From: Candidatus Eiseniibacteriota bacterium
GTDB taxonomy: Bacteria > Eisenbacteria > RBG-16-71-46
Direction of reading: 5' to 3'
DNA length: 64,000 nt
Assembly: GCA_963744995.1 (NCBI GenBank)
Contig: CAVUWA010000004.1
Location: 64,001-128,000 of the forward strand
In this document: piece by piece, positions 42,640-51,963 of the stretch
How the letters are laid out: every line of letters begins with the position of its first letter
Numbering within the stretch: the stretch's first letter is position 1
The notes under the pieces: model-generated
What the model was told of the DNA's origin: nothing
The model's database searches: none
What the model saw: the letters and a program-made list of their open reading frames with translations, nothing else
Translations under genes and position numbers: made by a program

Positions 42640-43365
42640 TCAGCGGCCTCCACCCGCGGCGCGGCGTGCGGGTTGCACCACCTGCGCCTGCGGCGCAGCG
42701 GCGCGCGCCGGCAGCGGCGTGACGCTGCCGCGGCCGGCCGCCGCGTGCGCGAGCGCCTGGCTGACGCGGATGTTCATGTCGTCCACCTGCTCGGTGATCC
42801 GCTCGACCATGCCGGCGAGCCAGCCGTGCAGCAGCAGCGTCGGCACCGCGACGATCAGGCCGAGCGCGGTGGTGTTGAGCGCCTGCGAAATGCCGGCCGC
42901 GAGGAACGCCGAGCGCTGCGACGGATCCGCCGCGCCCACCGCCGAGAACGCGGTCGTGAGGCCGAAGATCGTGCCGAGCAGGCCGAGCAGCGTGGCCGCG
43001 TTGGCGAGCATCTGCAGGTGCGGCAGCCGCCGGGCGAGCGGGGGCAGGGCCAGCGTCGCGGCGTCGTCGCCCGCGGCCTGCAGCTGCGCCTCCTCGGCCG
43101 GACCGTGGCGCAGGATGGCCTGCGCGACCCGCGCCGCCGGCGCGTGCGACTGCATGGCGATGTTGCGGGCCGTGTTGAAATCGCCGCTGCCGATGCTGCG
43201 CACGACGTCGTCCGCCATGCGGCGGGCGTTCAGCGCCGCGGCGCGTCCGACCACGATGAACCGCTCGACGACGATGGCGGCGATCAGCACGCCGGCGCCG
43301 AGGATCACGTACATGAAAGCGCCGCCCCCCTTGAAGAAGGTGGCGACGGCGGAGAGCTCGTTCAC
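42640..43365 (-). CDS. exbB: MotA/TolQ/ExbB proton channel protein (AglR-like)
   Basis: GGAFMYVI..IVVER, ATLLGLLGTIFGL, GISQALNTTALGL..AVP. Confidence 0.93.
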   Translation of the reverse strand: MNELSAVATFFKGGGAFMYVILGAGVLIAAIVVERFIVVGRAAALNARRMADDVVRSIGSGDFNTARNIAMQSHAPAARVAQAILRHGPAEEAQLQAAGDDAATLALPPLARRLPHLQMLANAATLLGLLGTIFGLTTAFSAVGAADPSQRSAFLAAGISQALNTTALGLIVAVPTLLLHGWLAGMVERITEQVDDMNIRVSQALAHAAAGRGSVTPLPARAAAPQAQVVQPARRAAGGGR

Positions 43366-43745
43366 GGGTTCGTCTCCCTGGTTGCGCCGGAAACCGGCGT
43401 GCGGACCACGACGAGCGCCGCGGGGAATACCGTGCGCTCGCCGATCTCGAGGCTGGTGAGCAGATACCTGCGGTGATGCAGATCCATGAAGCGGCGCTGG
43501 TCGCGCGCGGTGATGAACAGCACCTGGGGCACGGGAATCTCGCCCTCGATGCGGATCGCTTCGAGCGTGCGCGGCCGGGTGGCGTGCTTCGCGGCCGTGC
43601 CGCCCGCGGCGGCCGGCTGCGCCGTGGCCCGGGCTGCGGACGCCACGGATTGCGGGGCGTCCGACGCGGCGGCCTGCGCCGTGGTCGCTGCGCACACGAG
43701 CGCGAGTGCGGCGAGCGTGACGGTTCTCCGCGTGGGGGTGTGCAT
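43362..43745 (-). CDS. Small secreted protein, CglF/GltF-like
   Basis: Signal peptide; LEAIRIEGEIPVPQVLFI motif; sits between the TPR genes and exbB; GGAG SD. Confidence 0.55.
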   Translation of the reverse strand: MHTPTRRTVTLAALALVCAATTAQAAASDAPQSVASAARATAQPAAAGGTAAKHATRPRTLEAIRIEGEIPVPQVLFITARDQRRFMDLHHRRYLLTSLEIGERTVFPAALVVVRTPVSGATRETNP

Positions 43746-43747
43746 GT

Positions 43748-44647
43748 CTACTCCTTCCGTTCCGCGATCGGGCGCGCCTCTTCGCCGCCGATCACGCCGG
43801 CGAGGCCGTCGGGATCGGCATTCGCGCGCTCGCGGTAGGCGCGGAACCAGCGCGCCGCCGCGGCGTCGTCGAAGCGGTAGAACTTCGCCAGGATCGCCAG
43901 GTTGTAGTAGGGACCGGGCAGCGACGCATCGAGGTCGATCGCCTTCGTGAACGCCTTCTCGGCGCCGTCGGGATCGCCCGCGCGCAGGCGCGCGATGCCG
44001 AGGTTGTTCTGGTTGACGGCGGATTTGGGCGCGCGCTGCGCCGCTTCTTCGGCCAGCGCATCGGCGCCGCCCGCAGCCTCGCCACGCAGCTCGAGGTAGA
44101 CCCGCGCCGAACGACCCGCGTCGCTGGCCGGCGCCGCGGCCAGTGCGGCGCGCGCGTCGGCAACGCGGTCCACCGCGTCGTAGTGGAGCGCCAGGCCTTC
44201 GAGCAGTGCGGCCGGCATGCCCTCCGGGAACGCGTGGGCGCGCGCGTTCTCGAGCATGCGGATCGCCTCGTCGTGACGGCCGGCCTTGAAGTAGAGGTCG
44301 GAGAGCAGCGCGAGCGACGGCGCATGAGCGGGATCGAGCGCGAGCGCCCTCCTGAGCGCGGCTTCGGCTTCCTGCGTCGAGTCCGCCTGCGCATAGAGCA
44401 CGCCGAGCCGGTACGGCCAGAACGGCTCCGCGGGCGCTTCCGCCATGCGGGCGCGCGTGCCGGCGACATCGTCCGGCAGCTTCACGGCTACCGGCACGAG
44501 CGGCGCCTCGGTGACGTCGGCCCGGTGACCGAACACGGTGAGCCCGCAGCCGCTCGTGCCGGCGAGCACGGCGCCGAGCGCCAGGCCGGCGAGTACGCGC
44601 GGGAGCACGGGACGTGCGGCGCGGATGGGAACGGCTCGGAGTGTCAT
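43748..44647 (-). CDS. TPR lipoprotein (GltE-like)
   Basis: Lipobox-like TSGC; TPR motifs ALALDP, NNLGI..A..AF.KAI.LD, YYNLAIL. Confidence 0.85.
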   Translation of the reverse strand: MTLRAVPIRAARPVLPRVLAGLALGAVLAGTSGCGLTVFGHRADVTEAPLVPVAVKLPDDVAGTRARMAEAPAEPFWPYRLGVLYAQADSTQEAEAALRRALALDPAHAPSLALLSDLYFKAGRHDEAIRMLENARAHAFPEGMPAALLEGLALHYDAVDRVADARAALAAAPASDAGRSARVYLELRGEAAGGADALAEEAAQRAPKSAVNQNNLGIARLRAGDPDGAEKAFTKAIDLDASLPGPYYNLAILAKFYRFDDAAAARWFRAYRERANADPDGLAGVIGGEEARPIAERKE

Positions 44648-47600
44648 CGCGAAGGGTCCTCCTGTCGGGTGACCGCGGCGGCCGTGCGGCCTGCGCCGGA
44701 CGCGGCGTGGGACGTGTCCGTTGCGGCGCGTGCGACCGGGGCCTTGCCTTCGACCAGCGGGAACTCGACTTCGGGCCGGAAATAGAAGCGCTGCCCCAGC
44801 CGCTTCCACAGCGCGCCGCGGGCCTCGGCAACCCAGCGGTCCGCGCCGGCGTCCGCACCGTTCTGGCGCAGCAGCTCTTCCCAGACCTGCTCGCCGCGGT
44901 CGTAGAACGCCTGGGCCTTTTCCACCAGCACGTCCTCGTACGCGAGGCGATCGTCCCCGGAGATATCGGCAGGCCGCTCGCTCTGCTCCAGCGCAGTTCC
45001 GAATCCGATCAGCGCCTCGCCGATGCGGTACGCGCCGGCGTGCGCCACGGCCGGGACGCCGACGTCGATGGCGCGGCGGTAGCGCGCGACCAGCGAATCG
45101 AGCTTCACCTGCCGCGCCCGGATCGAGCGCTCGAGCGGCTGCGTGAGGCGGATGCCTTCGTACACCGCGCGGCTCTCTTCGCCCTGCTGGAACATGACCT
45201 CGGCGACCAGCTCGCGCGAGGCGAGCTCCGGGTGGGCCGAGGCGCGCCGCATGTAACGGGCGAGCGCGGACGGTGCCGCGCCCTGCGCCGGCCTGCCGAG
45301 CAGCGCCGAGACCGGATGCGCGGCGTCCACGCCCTCGAGGTCGCGGCGCGCGAGCGGCTCGAGGATCTCCATCGCCGCCTCGTGATCGTCCGGATAGCGC
45401 TCGAGGTAGGCGAGTCGGATCTGCTCGGCGCGCGGTGCGAGTCCTGCCGCCTCGTACAGATCGGCGCTCTTGAGCCACGCGTCGGCCGCACCCGGGTCTT
45501 CCGGGTAGTGCTGCGCGAACCGCTGATAGGCGTCGGCGGCGCGGCGCTTCTCGCCCGCCTGTTCCCAGGTCGCGGCGATCTGCAGATGGGCGTCCTTCAC
45601 GAACTCGCTCTTCGGGAAGCGCGCGATCAGGGTCTCCATCGCGGAGGTGCCGCGCTCGCGGTCTCCGGCCGCGAGCCACGCGAGGCCCGCGCGGTACTGC
45701 GCGAGGTGCGCGTGCTCGTAGTCCGGATAGCGCGCCGCCACCTGCTCGAACAGCTCGGCCTGGCGGCGGAAGTTGCTCGAATCGTCGTGCGCCACCGATT
45801 CGGCGAAGCGGAACCGGGCGACCGGGACCGCTTCGCCGGCGTGCGCGGCGATCGAATCCGCGCCAGCGCGCTCGGCGACGAGCCGCGCCGCCTCGTACGC
45901 GTCGCCAGCCGCGTCGAAGCGTGCGATCCGGAACAGCGCGTCGGCGCGCAGGCCGGCGGCGGCCGGCGCGCGCGGATCCGCGGGCCACGTGTCGCTCATG
46001 CGGCCGAAGTCGGCGGCCGCCCGCTCGTACCAGCCATGCGCGAGGGCGAGGTTCGCCTCGCGCCAGCGGATGTCGGCGCCGCCTGCGTGCGCGGGGAAGC
46101 GTTCGAGCAGCTCGTCCGCCGCCTGCTGCACGGCGTGGGCGAGCGAATCGCTGCCGGTATGGCCAGTGCCCGCGGCCTTGCGCGTGCGCTCGTACCACGC
46201 GTCCGTCACGGCCACGCGCTCGTGCAGCGCGCGCTCGGCGATGCTGTCGGCGCCGGCGTCCGCGGCGGCGCGGTAGTGTTCGAGGGCGAGCGCGGGTTCG
46301 CCGAGACGTGCGCCGGCTTCGCCCGCGTACAGGTGATAGAGCGGGGTCTCGGGGTCGGCCGGCCAGGTGCGGATCAACGTGCCGTAGAGCGCGAGCGCCT
46401 GCCGCCACTCGGCGGCGGCGCCGGTGCGGCGCGCTTCGGCGTGGTGCCAGAGGGCGACGCTCGTCCAGGCGCCGCGCGCGAACGCGGCGCCCAGGGCGCG
46501 CACCGAATCCGATTCCTGCGCCTTCGCCCAGGCGCTGCCGGGCGCGAAGTGGGCTGCGCCATCGAGCTGCGCGGCGCGCGCCTCAGCGGCGCGGTCGGCC
46601 TTCATCCAGGTGTCGGGCAGGCGCTCGGCGGCGGTGAGCGCCTCGGGATGCAGCGGGTAGCGCTCGATGCACATCGCGTCGGCGGCCGCGGCCTCCTCGA
46701 ACAGGCTGTAGCGGCGGAAGTGCGCGGCGAGCTCCATCAGGATGCGCATGTCGTAGGGTCGGCCACCGATGCGGTCGAAGTACCGCGCGAACGCGTCCGC
46801 GCCGCCGGCGCGGGCCAGCGACTGCACGAGCCAGCTCTCCGATTCGCCCTCGACGTCGGCCGTGATGCGGGCACGGGCGGGGGAGGCGTACAGGTCGAGC
46901 GCGGTCCGAAACGCGTCGGCGGCCTCCAGGAACCGGTCCTGGTTGGACTCGGCCCAGCCCAGTTTGTAGAGCGCCATCGCGGTCAGGTTCGGATCGGGGC
47001 CTTCTGCGGCGTGCGCGTAGTGCTTCGCTGCGGCGGCATGGTCGCGGTCGTTGAAGGCGAGATCGCCCATGCGCAGCCAGGCTTCCTGGCAGTACGGCGA
47101 ATCGGGATGCAGCCGTACCAGCTCGCCGAAGTAGCGGCCGGCGTCGTCGTTGCCGTCGTCGGCGAGGAGCATCCCGGAGTTGAACAGCACCGCGTCGCGA
47201 TGCTCGAAGCCGGGATCCTCGGCGAGGATCGCCGCGTACAGCTCGAACGCCGGCCGGTGGTCCATGACGGGCAGGGCCCCGGGTGCGCCGCCCTCCTTCT
47301 GGCGCCGCACGAACTCCGCCATCTGCGCGCGGAACGTCTCGCGCGCGTCGACGAGCAGAGCGTCCGCGAGGCGGAAGCGCATCTCGCCGCGCGCGAACGA
47401 ATCCGGATGACGCGTGAGGAACGTCCGCATCGCAGCGATCGCGCGCGCGCGCCACGCGACGGTCGTGGAGTCCTCGGGCGCATCGGCGGCGGCGAGGTCG
47501 AGACCGACGCTCTGCCCGTAGGCCGCCACGGCCAGACCGTAGTCGACCGATTCGGCGCGCGCATCGAGCGCGGCCAGGGCGCGCGCGATGGCGACGCCCG

Positions 47601-49569
47601 CGGCCGAGTCGGAGACCGCGCGGTAGGTGGCGGCGCGCGCCTCGCGCGCGGCGGCGCGGTCGGCCGCGCGGCGCGCCAGCTGGTCGAGCCGCGCGCTGCC
47701 CGCCGCGGCCGCCAGGTTCGAGTCCACCGCGGCTGCGATGCCGCGTGCGCGCGCGAGCGTCGCGTGCGCGCGGTCTGCTTCCGCGGCGGTGCGGTCGATC
47801 AGACGCGGGCGCCATGCCTCGGCGTACGAGCGGGTGATCAGGTCCGGCGCAGCCGCGGCGATTCCGCGCGCGGCGGCGACGATGGCCTTGGTGAGCGCCG
47901 TCTCGGCGGCGACCAGCGAGTCGGCGCTCGGATAACCGTCGGGCGCGAGGGCCTCCCCGGCATGGGGCACGCCCTCCAGATGGAAGTGCCGCAGCGCGCC
48001 GAGCCACGCGAGGTGTGCGGCGCCGCTCTCGACGATTTCCGCTGCGCGGCGCAGCACCCGCTGCGTGGCCGCGTCCCGCACGCCGCGGATGCGGGCATCG
48101 AGCTGATCGAGCGTCGCGCGCAGCGAGTCGAGCGCCGCGCTGCGCGCGTACAGGGCGGCGATCTCGGCGTCGAGCTGCGTGCGCCCGCCGGCGAAGTAGT
48201 CGCGCTGCCGGGCGAGCCGGGCGCGCTCCCCGGCGAGCGCGTGATCGGTGCGCTCGACCGCCCCGCGGGCGCGCTCGAGCGCGCGGGCGGCGGCACCGAC
48301 TCGTTCCCATGCCGCCGCCGGGGGCGGGGCGAGCGAAACGCCCGCGGCAGCGCCGCTCTCGCGCTGGAGCGCGGGCGGCGCCGAGGCGGATGTCTCGTCG
48401 AGCCGCGTCGCACGACCGGCCAGCGCGCGTGCAGCGTGATCCACCGCGTCGCCGTCGAGCGCGAGGGCGGCCGCCGTGCCGCCGTGCGCCCGCCACGCCT
48501 GCCAGAGCGGCGCGAAGTCGCCGGAATCGCGCAGGGCCATGAGCGCCGTGCGCCGCGCTGCGGCATCCGCAGCGATAGCCGCGTAACGGTCGTACGCGCG
48601 GCTCCAGTCCCGGGCGTCGAGGTCGAGCCCGGCCAGCGCGAGCCGCGCGGCGTCGCGATCGGCGTACGCCGTGTCCGCCGCCGCCCGCGTGACCCACGCG
48701 CGGCCGGCGAGGCTGTCGCCGTGCTCGAGCGCCCACAGGCCGCGCATGTGCAGCGCACGCGACGTCCACGGGCTCGCGACGGGCACGCGCGCGAGCAGCG
48801 CCGACGGATCGCGGCCCGCGGCCTCGGCGCGGGTGGCGAGACGGAGCAGCGCGAGCCCGGCCAGCTCGCGCCCGAGAGCGGTCGTCGTGTCGGCGCCCGC
48901 AAGCGTTTCGAGCGTAGCCGTATCATCTTCTCCCGCAGCGGACTGGGCGAGACTCTTCACGTACAGGGAGAGCGCAGCGCCGACGCCGTCGCCCCGCGCC
49001 GCGGCGAGCCGCTCGAGCGCCGCGCGGGCCTCGCCGCCCGCGAGCTGCCGCGCCGCCGCGACCGCTGCGCCGGACGCGGTGCCCGGCGCGCCCCCGGCAT
49101 CCGTTCCGGCAGGCGCCGCGAGCACGCGCTGATAGGCGATCCAGCGGGTGAAGGGCGTGTCGCCCCGCCACGTTGCCACGGCGGCGGCGACCTGTTCGAA
49201 GCGATCGAGCTCGCCGAGCGCGAGACAGGCCTGCGCGAGCAGGAACGCGGCGCGGTCGGCGCCGTCGAAACCGGGCTCGAGCGCGAAATCGATCGGCTCG
49301 AGCGCGTCCACCACGCCATGCATGTCACCCGCACGCCACGCGAACGCGGCGCGGGCCAGGAGGAGCGTGCCCGGCGCCTCGCCCCGGGCGGGGACGGGCA
49401 CGGCGTTCGGCCGCGCCGCCCCCGGCGCCGCGGGCGCGCTCCGCGCCGACGCCGGCGTGCCGGATGCGACGGCGGCGGCCGGCGCTCCGGCCGCGAGCGC
49501 AGCGGCGGCGGAAACGATCGAGACGGTCCCGGTGAGGACCGTCCACAGGACGGGGCGGGAAAGACGCAA
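44644..49569 (-). CDS. Giant TPR/coiled-coil envelope protein, about 1640 aa (GltD/AgmU-like); start uncertain
   Basis: N-terminal signal-like segment; many BamD/YbgF-like TPRs (HPDSPYCQEAWLRMGD, ALYKLGW, RFPKSEF); ATGA overlap with the next gene. Confidence 0.8.
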   Translation of the reverse strand: MRLSRPVLWTVLTGTVSIVSAAAALAAGAPAAAVASGTPASARSAPAAPGAARPNAVPVPARGEAPGTLLLARAAFAWRAGDMHGVVDALEPIDFALEPGFDGADRAAFLLAQACLALGELDRFEQVAAAVATWRGDTPFTRWIAYQRVLAAPAGTDAGGAPGTASGAAVAAARQLAGGEARAALERLAAARGDGVGAALSLYVKSLAQSAAGEDDTATLETLAGADTTTALGRELAGLALLRLATRAEAAGRDPSALLARVPVASPWTSRALHMRGLWALEHGDSLAGRAWVTRAAADTAYADRDAARLALAGLDLDARDWSRAYDRYAAIAADAAARRTALMALRDSGDFAPLWQAWRAHGGTAAALALDGDAVDHAARALAGRATRLDETSASAPPALQRESGAAAGVSLAPPPAAAWERVGAAARALERARGAVERTDHALAGERARLARQRDYFAGGRTQLDAEIAALYARSAALDSLRATLDQLDARIRGVRDAATQRVLRRAAEIVESGAAHLAWLGALRHFHLEGVPHAGEALAPDGYPSADSLVAAETALTKAIVAAARGIAAAAPDLITRSYAEAWRPRLIDRTAAEADRAHATLARARGIAAAVDSNLAAAAGSARLDQLARRAADRAAAREARAATYRAVSDSAAGVAIARALAALDARAESVDYGLAVAAYGQSVGLDLAAADAPEDSTTVAWRARAIAAMRTFLTRHPDSFARGEMRFRLADALLVDARETFRAQMAEFVRRQKEGGAPGALPVMDHRPAFELYAAILAEDPGFEHRDAVLFNSGMLLADDGNDDAGRYFGELVRLHPDSPYCQEAWLRMGDLAFNDRDHAAAAKHYAHAAEGPDPNLTAMALYKLGWAESNQDRFLEAADAFRTALDLYASPARARITADVEGESESWLVQSLARAGGADAFARYFDRIGGRPYDMRILMELAAHFRRYSLFEEAAAADAMCIERYPLHPEALTAAERLPDTWMKADRAAEARAAQLDGAAHFAPGSAWAKAQESDSVRALGAAFARGAWTSVALWHHAEARRTGAAAEWRQALALYGTLIRTWPADPETPLYHLYAGEAGARLGEPALALEHYRAAADAGADSIAERALHERVAVTDAWYERTRKAAGTGHTGSDSLAHAVQQAADELLERFPAHAGGADIRWREANLALAHGWYERAAADFGRMSDTWPADPRAPAAAGLRADALFRIARFDAAGDAYEAARLVAERAGADSIAAHAGEAVPVARFRFAESVAHDDSSNFRRQAELFEQVAARYPDYEHAHLAQYRAGLAWLAAGDRERGTSAMETLIARFPKSEFVKDAHLQIAATWEQAGEKRRAADAYQRFAQHYPEDPGAADAWLKSADLYEAAGLAPRAEQIRLAYLERYPDDHEAAMEILEPLARRDLEGVDAAHPVSALLGRPAQGAAPSALARYMRRASAHPELASRELVAEVMFQQGEESRAVYEGIRLTQPLERSIRARQVKLDSLVARYRRAIDVGVPAVAHAGAYRIGEALIGFGTALEQSERPADISGDDRLAYEDVLVEKAQAFYDRGEQVWEELLRQNGADAGADRWVAEARGALWKRLGQRFYFRPEVEFPLVEGKAPVARAATDTSHAASGAGRTAAAVTRQEDPSR

Positions 49570-49580
49570 GGCGTAGCCGC

Positions 49581-50414
49581 TCAGCCGTCCACGGCGGGGT
49601 GCGAGTCGTCGTGCAACCACGCACGCGCGTGTGCGCCGGAGCCGCCGTCCGCGGGAACGGTGCCGGTGAGATCGATTTCGAGCAGCGTCAGCCGATCGCG
49701 ATCCGGGACGAGGGTCATGTAGCCCGCGGGAGAGCCCGCCCAGGCGGCGCCGCCGATGCGGAACTCGACCACCTGCTCGCGCGGCTCGACGTTGGCGTGG
49801 AACACCTGCATCACGCCGCCGTCCGCGAGCGCGCTCGCGTCGGCCGCGGTGAGCGGCACTTCGAGCGTGGCGCCGCCTTCGAGCGTCAGGGTGACGCTTT
49901 CCGCCGCCTGCGCCGGGACGCCGCGCAGGAGCACGATCAGTTCGGTCCGCTGGCGGCCGGCGAAATCGCCCTGCAGTTCGGCGAGACGCAGCTGCTGCTG
50001 ATCGAGCTGCCGCTCGAGGCCGTCGAGCCGGTCCTCGAGCGCGCCCAGATCGCGGATGCTGGCGAGCAGCTGCGTGCGCTCCTGGCCGGCCGCGATCGCG
50101 GCGGTCGAATCCGCGCCCGCGTCGGCCTCGGCGAGCAGGCGGCGGTAGGCGAGGAAGCGCGGATCCACGGCCTCGGCGTCGGCGCGGCTCGCGACGGTCC
50201 GCTCGCGCAGCAGGTCGAACTGCGCACGGATGAAGTCGAGGTTCGCCTTGAGGAAGCGCAGGTGATCGAGCTTCTCGCGGGGCGGCTTCACACGCTCGAT
50301 CTTCACCTCGGTCGCGGCATCCTGCGCGCGCGCGGCGCCGGGCACGCCCGCGCAGATGAAGGCGGCGAGGCACAGGAATGCGGCGCGGCGGACGACGGCG
50401 TGACGGGCGCGCAT
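49581..50414 (-). CDS. Secreted coiled-coil plus beta-sandwich hypothetical protein
   Basis: Signal peptide (AARA-Q); heptads LEDRLDGLERQLDQQQLRLAEL; ALADGGVMQVFHANV. Confidence 0.75.
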   Translation of the reverse strand: MRARHAVVRRAAFLCLAAFICAGVPGAARAQDAATEVKIERVKPPREKLDHLRFLKANLDFIRAQFDLLRERTVASRADAEAVDPRFLAYRRLLAEADAGADSTAAIAAGQERTQLLASIRDLGALEDRLDGLERQLDQQQLRLAELQGDFAGRQRTELIVLLRGVPAQAAESVTLTLEGGATLEVPLTAADASALADGGVMQVFHANVEPREQVVEFRIGGAAWAGSPAGYMTLVPDRDRLTLLEIDLTGTVPADGGSGAHARAWLHDDSHPAVDG

Positions 50415-50416
50415 GC

Positions 50417-51007
50417 TCAGCCCCTCCAGGTGCGCCGCACCTTGCCGGCGGCGGCGTCCACCACCACGAACAGGGACGGCTGGTCGGGGGCGGTGTAGAC
50501 GAGCGTCCAGGTGGTCTCGTCCGGGTCGCCGCCGTGGAAAGCGCCGCGCATGAGCAGCATCGTGGCGAGCGTCCCGCCCTGATCGCTGCGGAACTCGAGA
50601 CCGGCCTTCTTCTCGGCGATCGCGAGCGCCGCACCGCTGTCGATCCAGTCGGATGCGAGCGGCGGCGCCTCGAGCCGGGCGGGGAGCGTCTCGGCGACGA
50701 CGATCCTGCCGTCGCGCACGGAATAGCCGCGCGAGGCGTCGAGCGACGGCGCGTAGAACAGGTAGCCCCAGCGCACCGCCGCGCCACGGACGTCGAGGTC
50801 CTCGTCGTTCTCGACGTACACCAGATAGGCGTCGGGCGCCCACGCGTGCGCGGCGGCGGCGGCGACGTCGAGTCCGGCGCGCGCCTCGAACGGCGGCTTG
50901 TCCCCGGCGGCGGCGGGCCAGGCGAGCGCGGCGACGAACAGCAGGCTGGCGAGCCCGCGGCGCGCGGCCCCGGCCGGCGCGCGGGCGATGCGAAGGGAAT
51001 GGCTCAT
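50417..51007 (-). CDS. Secreted hypothetical protein with two PepSY-like repeats
   Basis: Signal peptide; WIDSGAALAIAE..WTLVY..VVVDAAAGKV; GGAG SD. Confidence 0.7.
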   Translation of the reverse strand: MSHSLRIARAPAGAARRGLASLLFVAALAWPAAAGDKPPFEARAGLDVAAAAAHAWAPDAYLVYVENDEDLDVRGAAVRWGYLFYAPSLDASRGYSVRDGRIVVAETLPARLEAPPLASDWIDSGAALAIAEKKAGLEFRSDQGGTLATMLLMRGAFHGGDPDETTWTLVYTAPDQPSLFVVVDAAAGKVRRTWRG

Positions 51008-51017
51008 CGGTTCTCTC

Positions 51018-51950
51018 CTAGAACAGAAGCGTCGTGCCCATCGTGAATTCGACGTTGTTGTTCTCGACGCGCGCGTCGTCGCTGCCCGACTTGAAGCGAT
51101 AGTCGCGAACCTCCCAGCGCACCGCGGTGCGCTTGGAGAGGTACAGCATGGTGCCGGCGCCGAAGTTCCAGCTCGGCTCGGTCTCACCGCGCATGATCGT
51201 CGAGCCGAGGCCGCCGGTGACGTACGGCACCATCTGTCGTCCGGGCAGGATCTCGAAGTTCAGGGACAGCTGGTAGAACAGCATGTGGAAGTCCTCGGCC
51301 TCGAGCGAGAGGTCGAACAGCGACTCCACGATCTCGGCCGGGCGCCGCACGTGCGTCCACGCCAGCCCGCCTTCGGCCTGCAGGCGGTCGAAGACGTAGT
51401 AGCCGATGCGTCCGCCTGCCACGAACGAGTTGGACTTGCGGTCGAAGGCGTACGCGCCCCCGTAGCCGGTGAGCATGTAGGTGCCGGTGCGGGAGTAGAC
51501 CTTCGGATTGGGCTTGAACTCGAGATCCGACAGGTCGTCGAACACCTTGCACAGCGAAGCGTGGATCCAGCCGGTCTCGCTTTCCGAGAGCCGCACGTTG
51601 TACCAGTCGCCGCTCTTGGCGATCACGGTGAACACCGTGCCCTTCTCGTACACGCCCGCGATCGCGTAGCCGTCGCCGGGGCCCGTGCGCACGACGTTGT
51701 CGTCGCTCACGTCGAGCTTCACCTTGCGCGAGGTCGGCAGCGGCGCGTTCGCGGGGAAGGCCGGCCGCGGCGCGGGCGCCGGGACCGCGACGGCGGTGGA
51801 ATCGACGGGCGGCGCGGCGGAATCCGGCGCCGGCGCGGCGTCGTCGGCACCGGCGCCGGCGGCGAGCAGCAGCGCCGCCGCGAGCGACAGCATGGCGGCC
51901 GTCCGTGCGGGACGCCGGCGCGGGAACGAAGTGTCGGACGATGCGGTCAT
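51018..51950 (-). CDS. Bacterial SH3 domain fused to an outer-membrane beta-barrel
   Basis: VVRTGPGDGY..GDWYNVRL..TGWIH SH3; VPYVTGGLG, NFGAG, VRWEVRDY; terminal Phe. Confidence 0.85.
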   Translation of the reverse strand: MTASSDTSFPRRRPARTAAMLSLAAALLLAAGAGADDAAPAPDSAAPPVDSTAVAVPAPAPRPAFPANAPLPTSRKVKLDVSDDNVVRTGPGDGYAIAGVYEKGTVFTVIAKSGDWYNVRLSESETGWIHASLCKVFDDLSDLEFKPNPKVYSRTGTYMLTGYGGAYAFDRKSNSFVAGGRIGYYVFDRLQAEGGLAWTHVRRPAEIVESLFDLSLEAEDFHMLFYQLSLNFEILPGRQMVPYVTGGLGSTIMRGETEPSWNFGAGTMLYLSKRTAVRWEVRDYRFKSGSDDARVENNNVEFTMGTTLLF

Positions 51951-51963
51951 CGGGAGATCCCTT

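Noticed and set aside
43374..43400. SGAT near the C-terminus of the CglF-like protein (and TGAS in the HzsA-like protein) as ApbE sites
   Set aside because: Both lack the upstream Asp, and such 4-mers occur by chance in Ala/Gly-rich proteins.
49570..50787. N-terminal extension that makes the TPR ORF 2047 aa
   Set aside because: It overlaps two better genes (49581-50414 and 50417-51007) in other frames and is Arg/Pro-rich nonsense.
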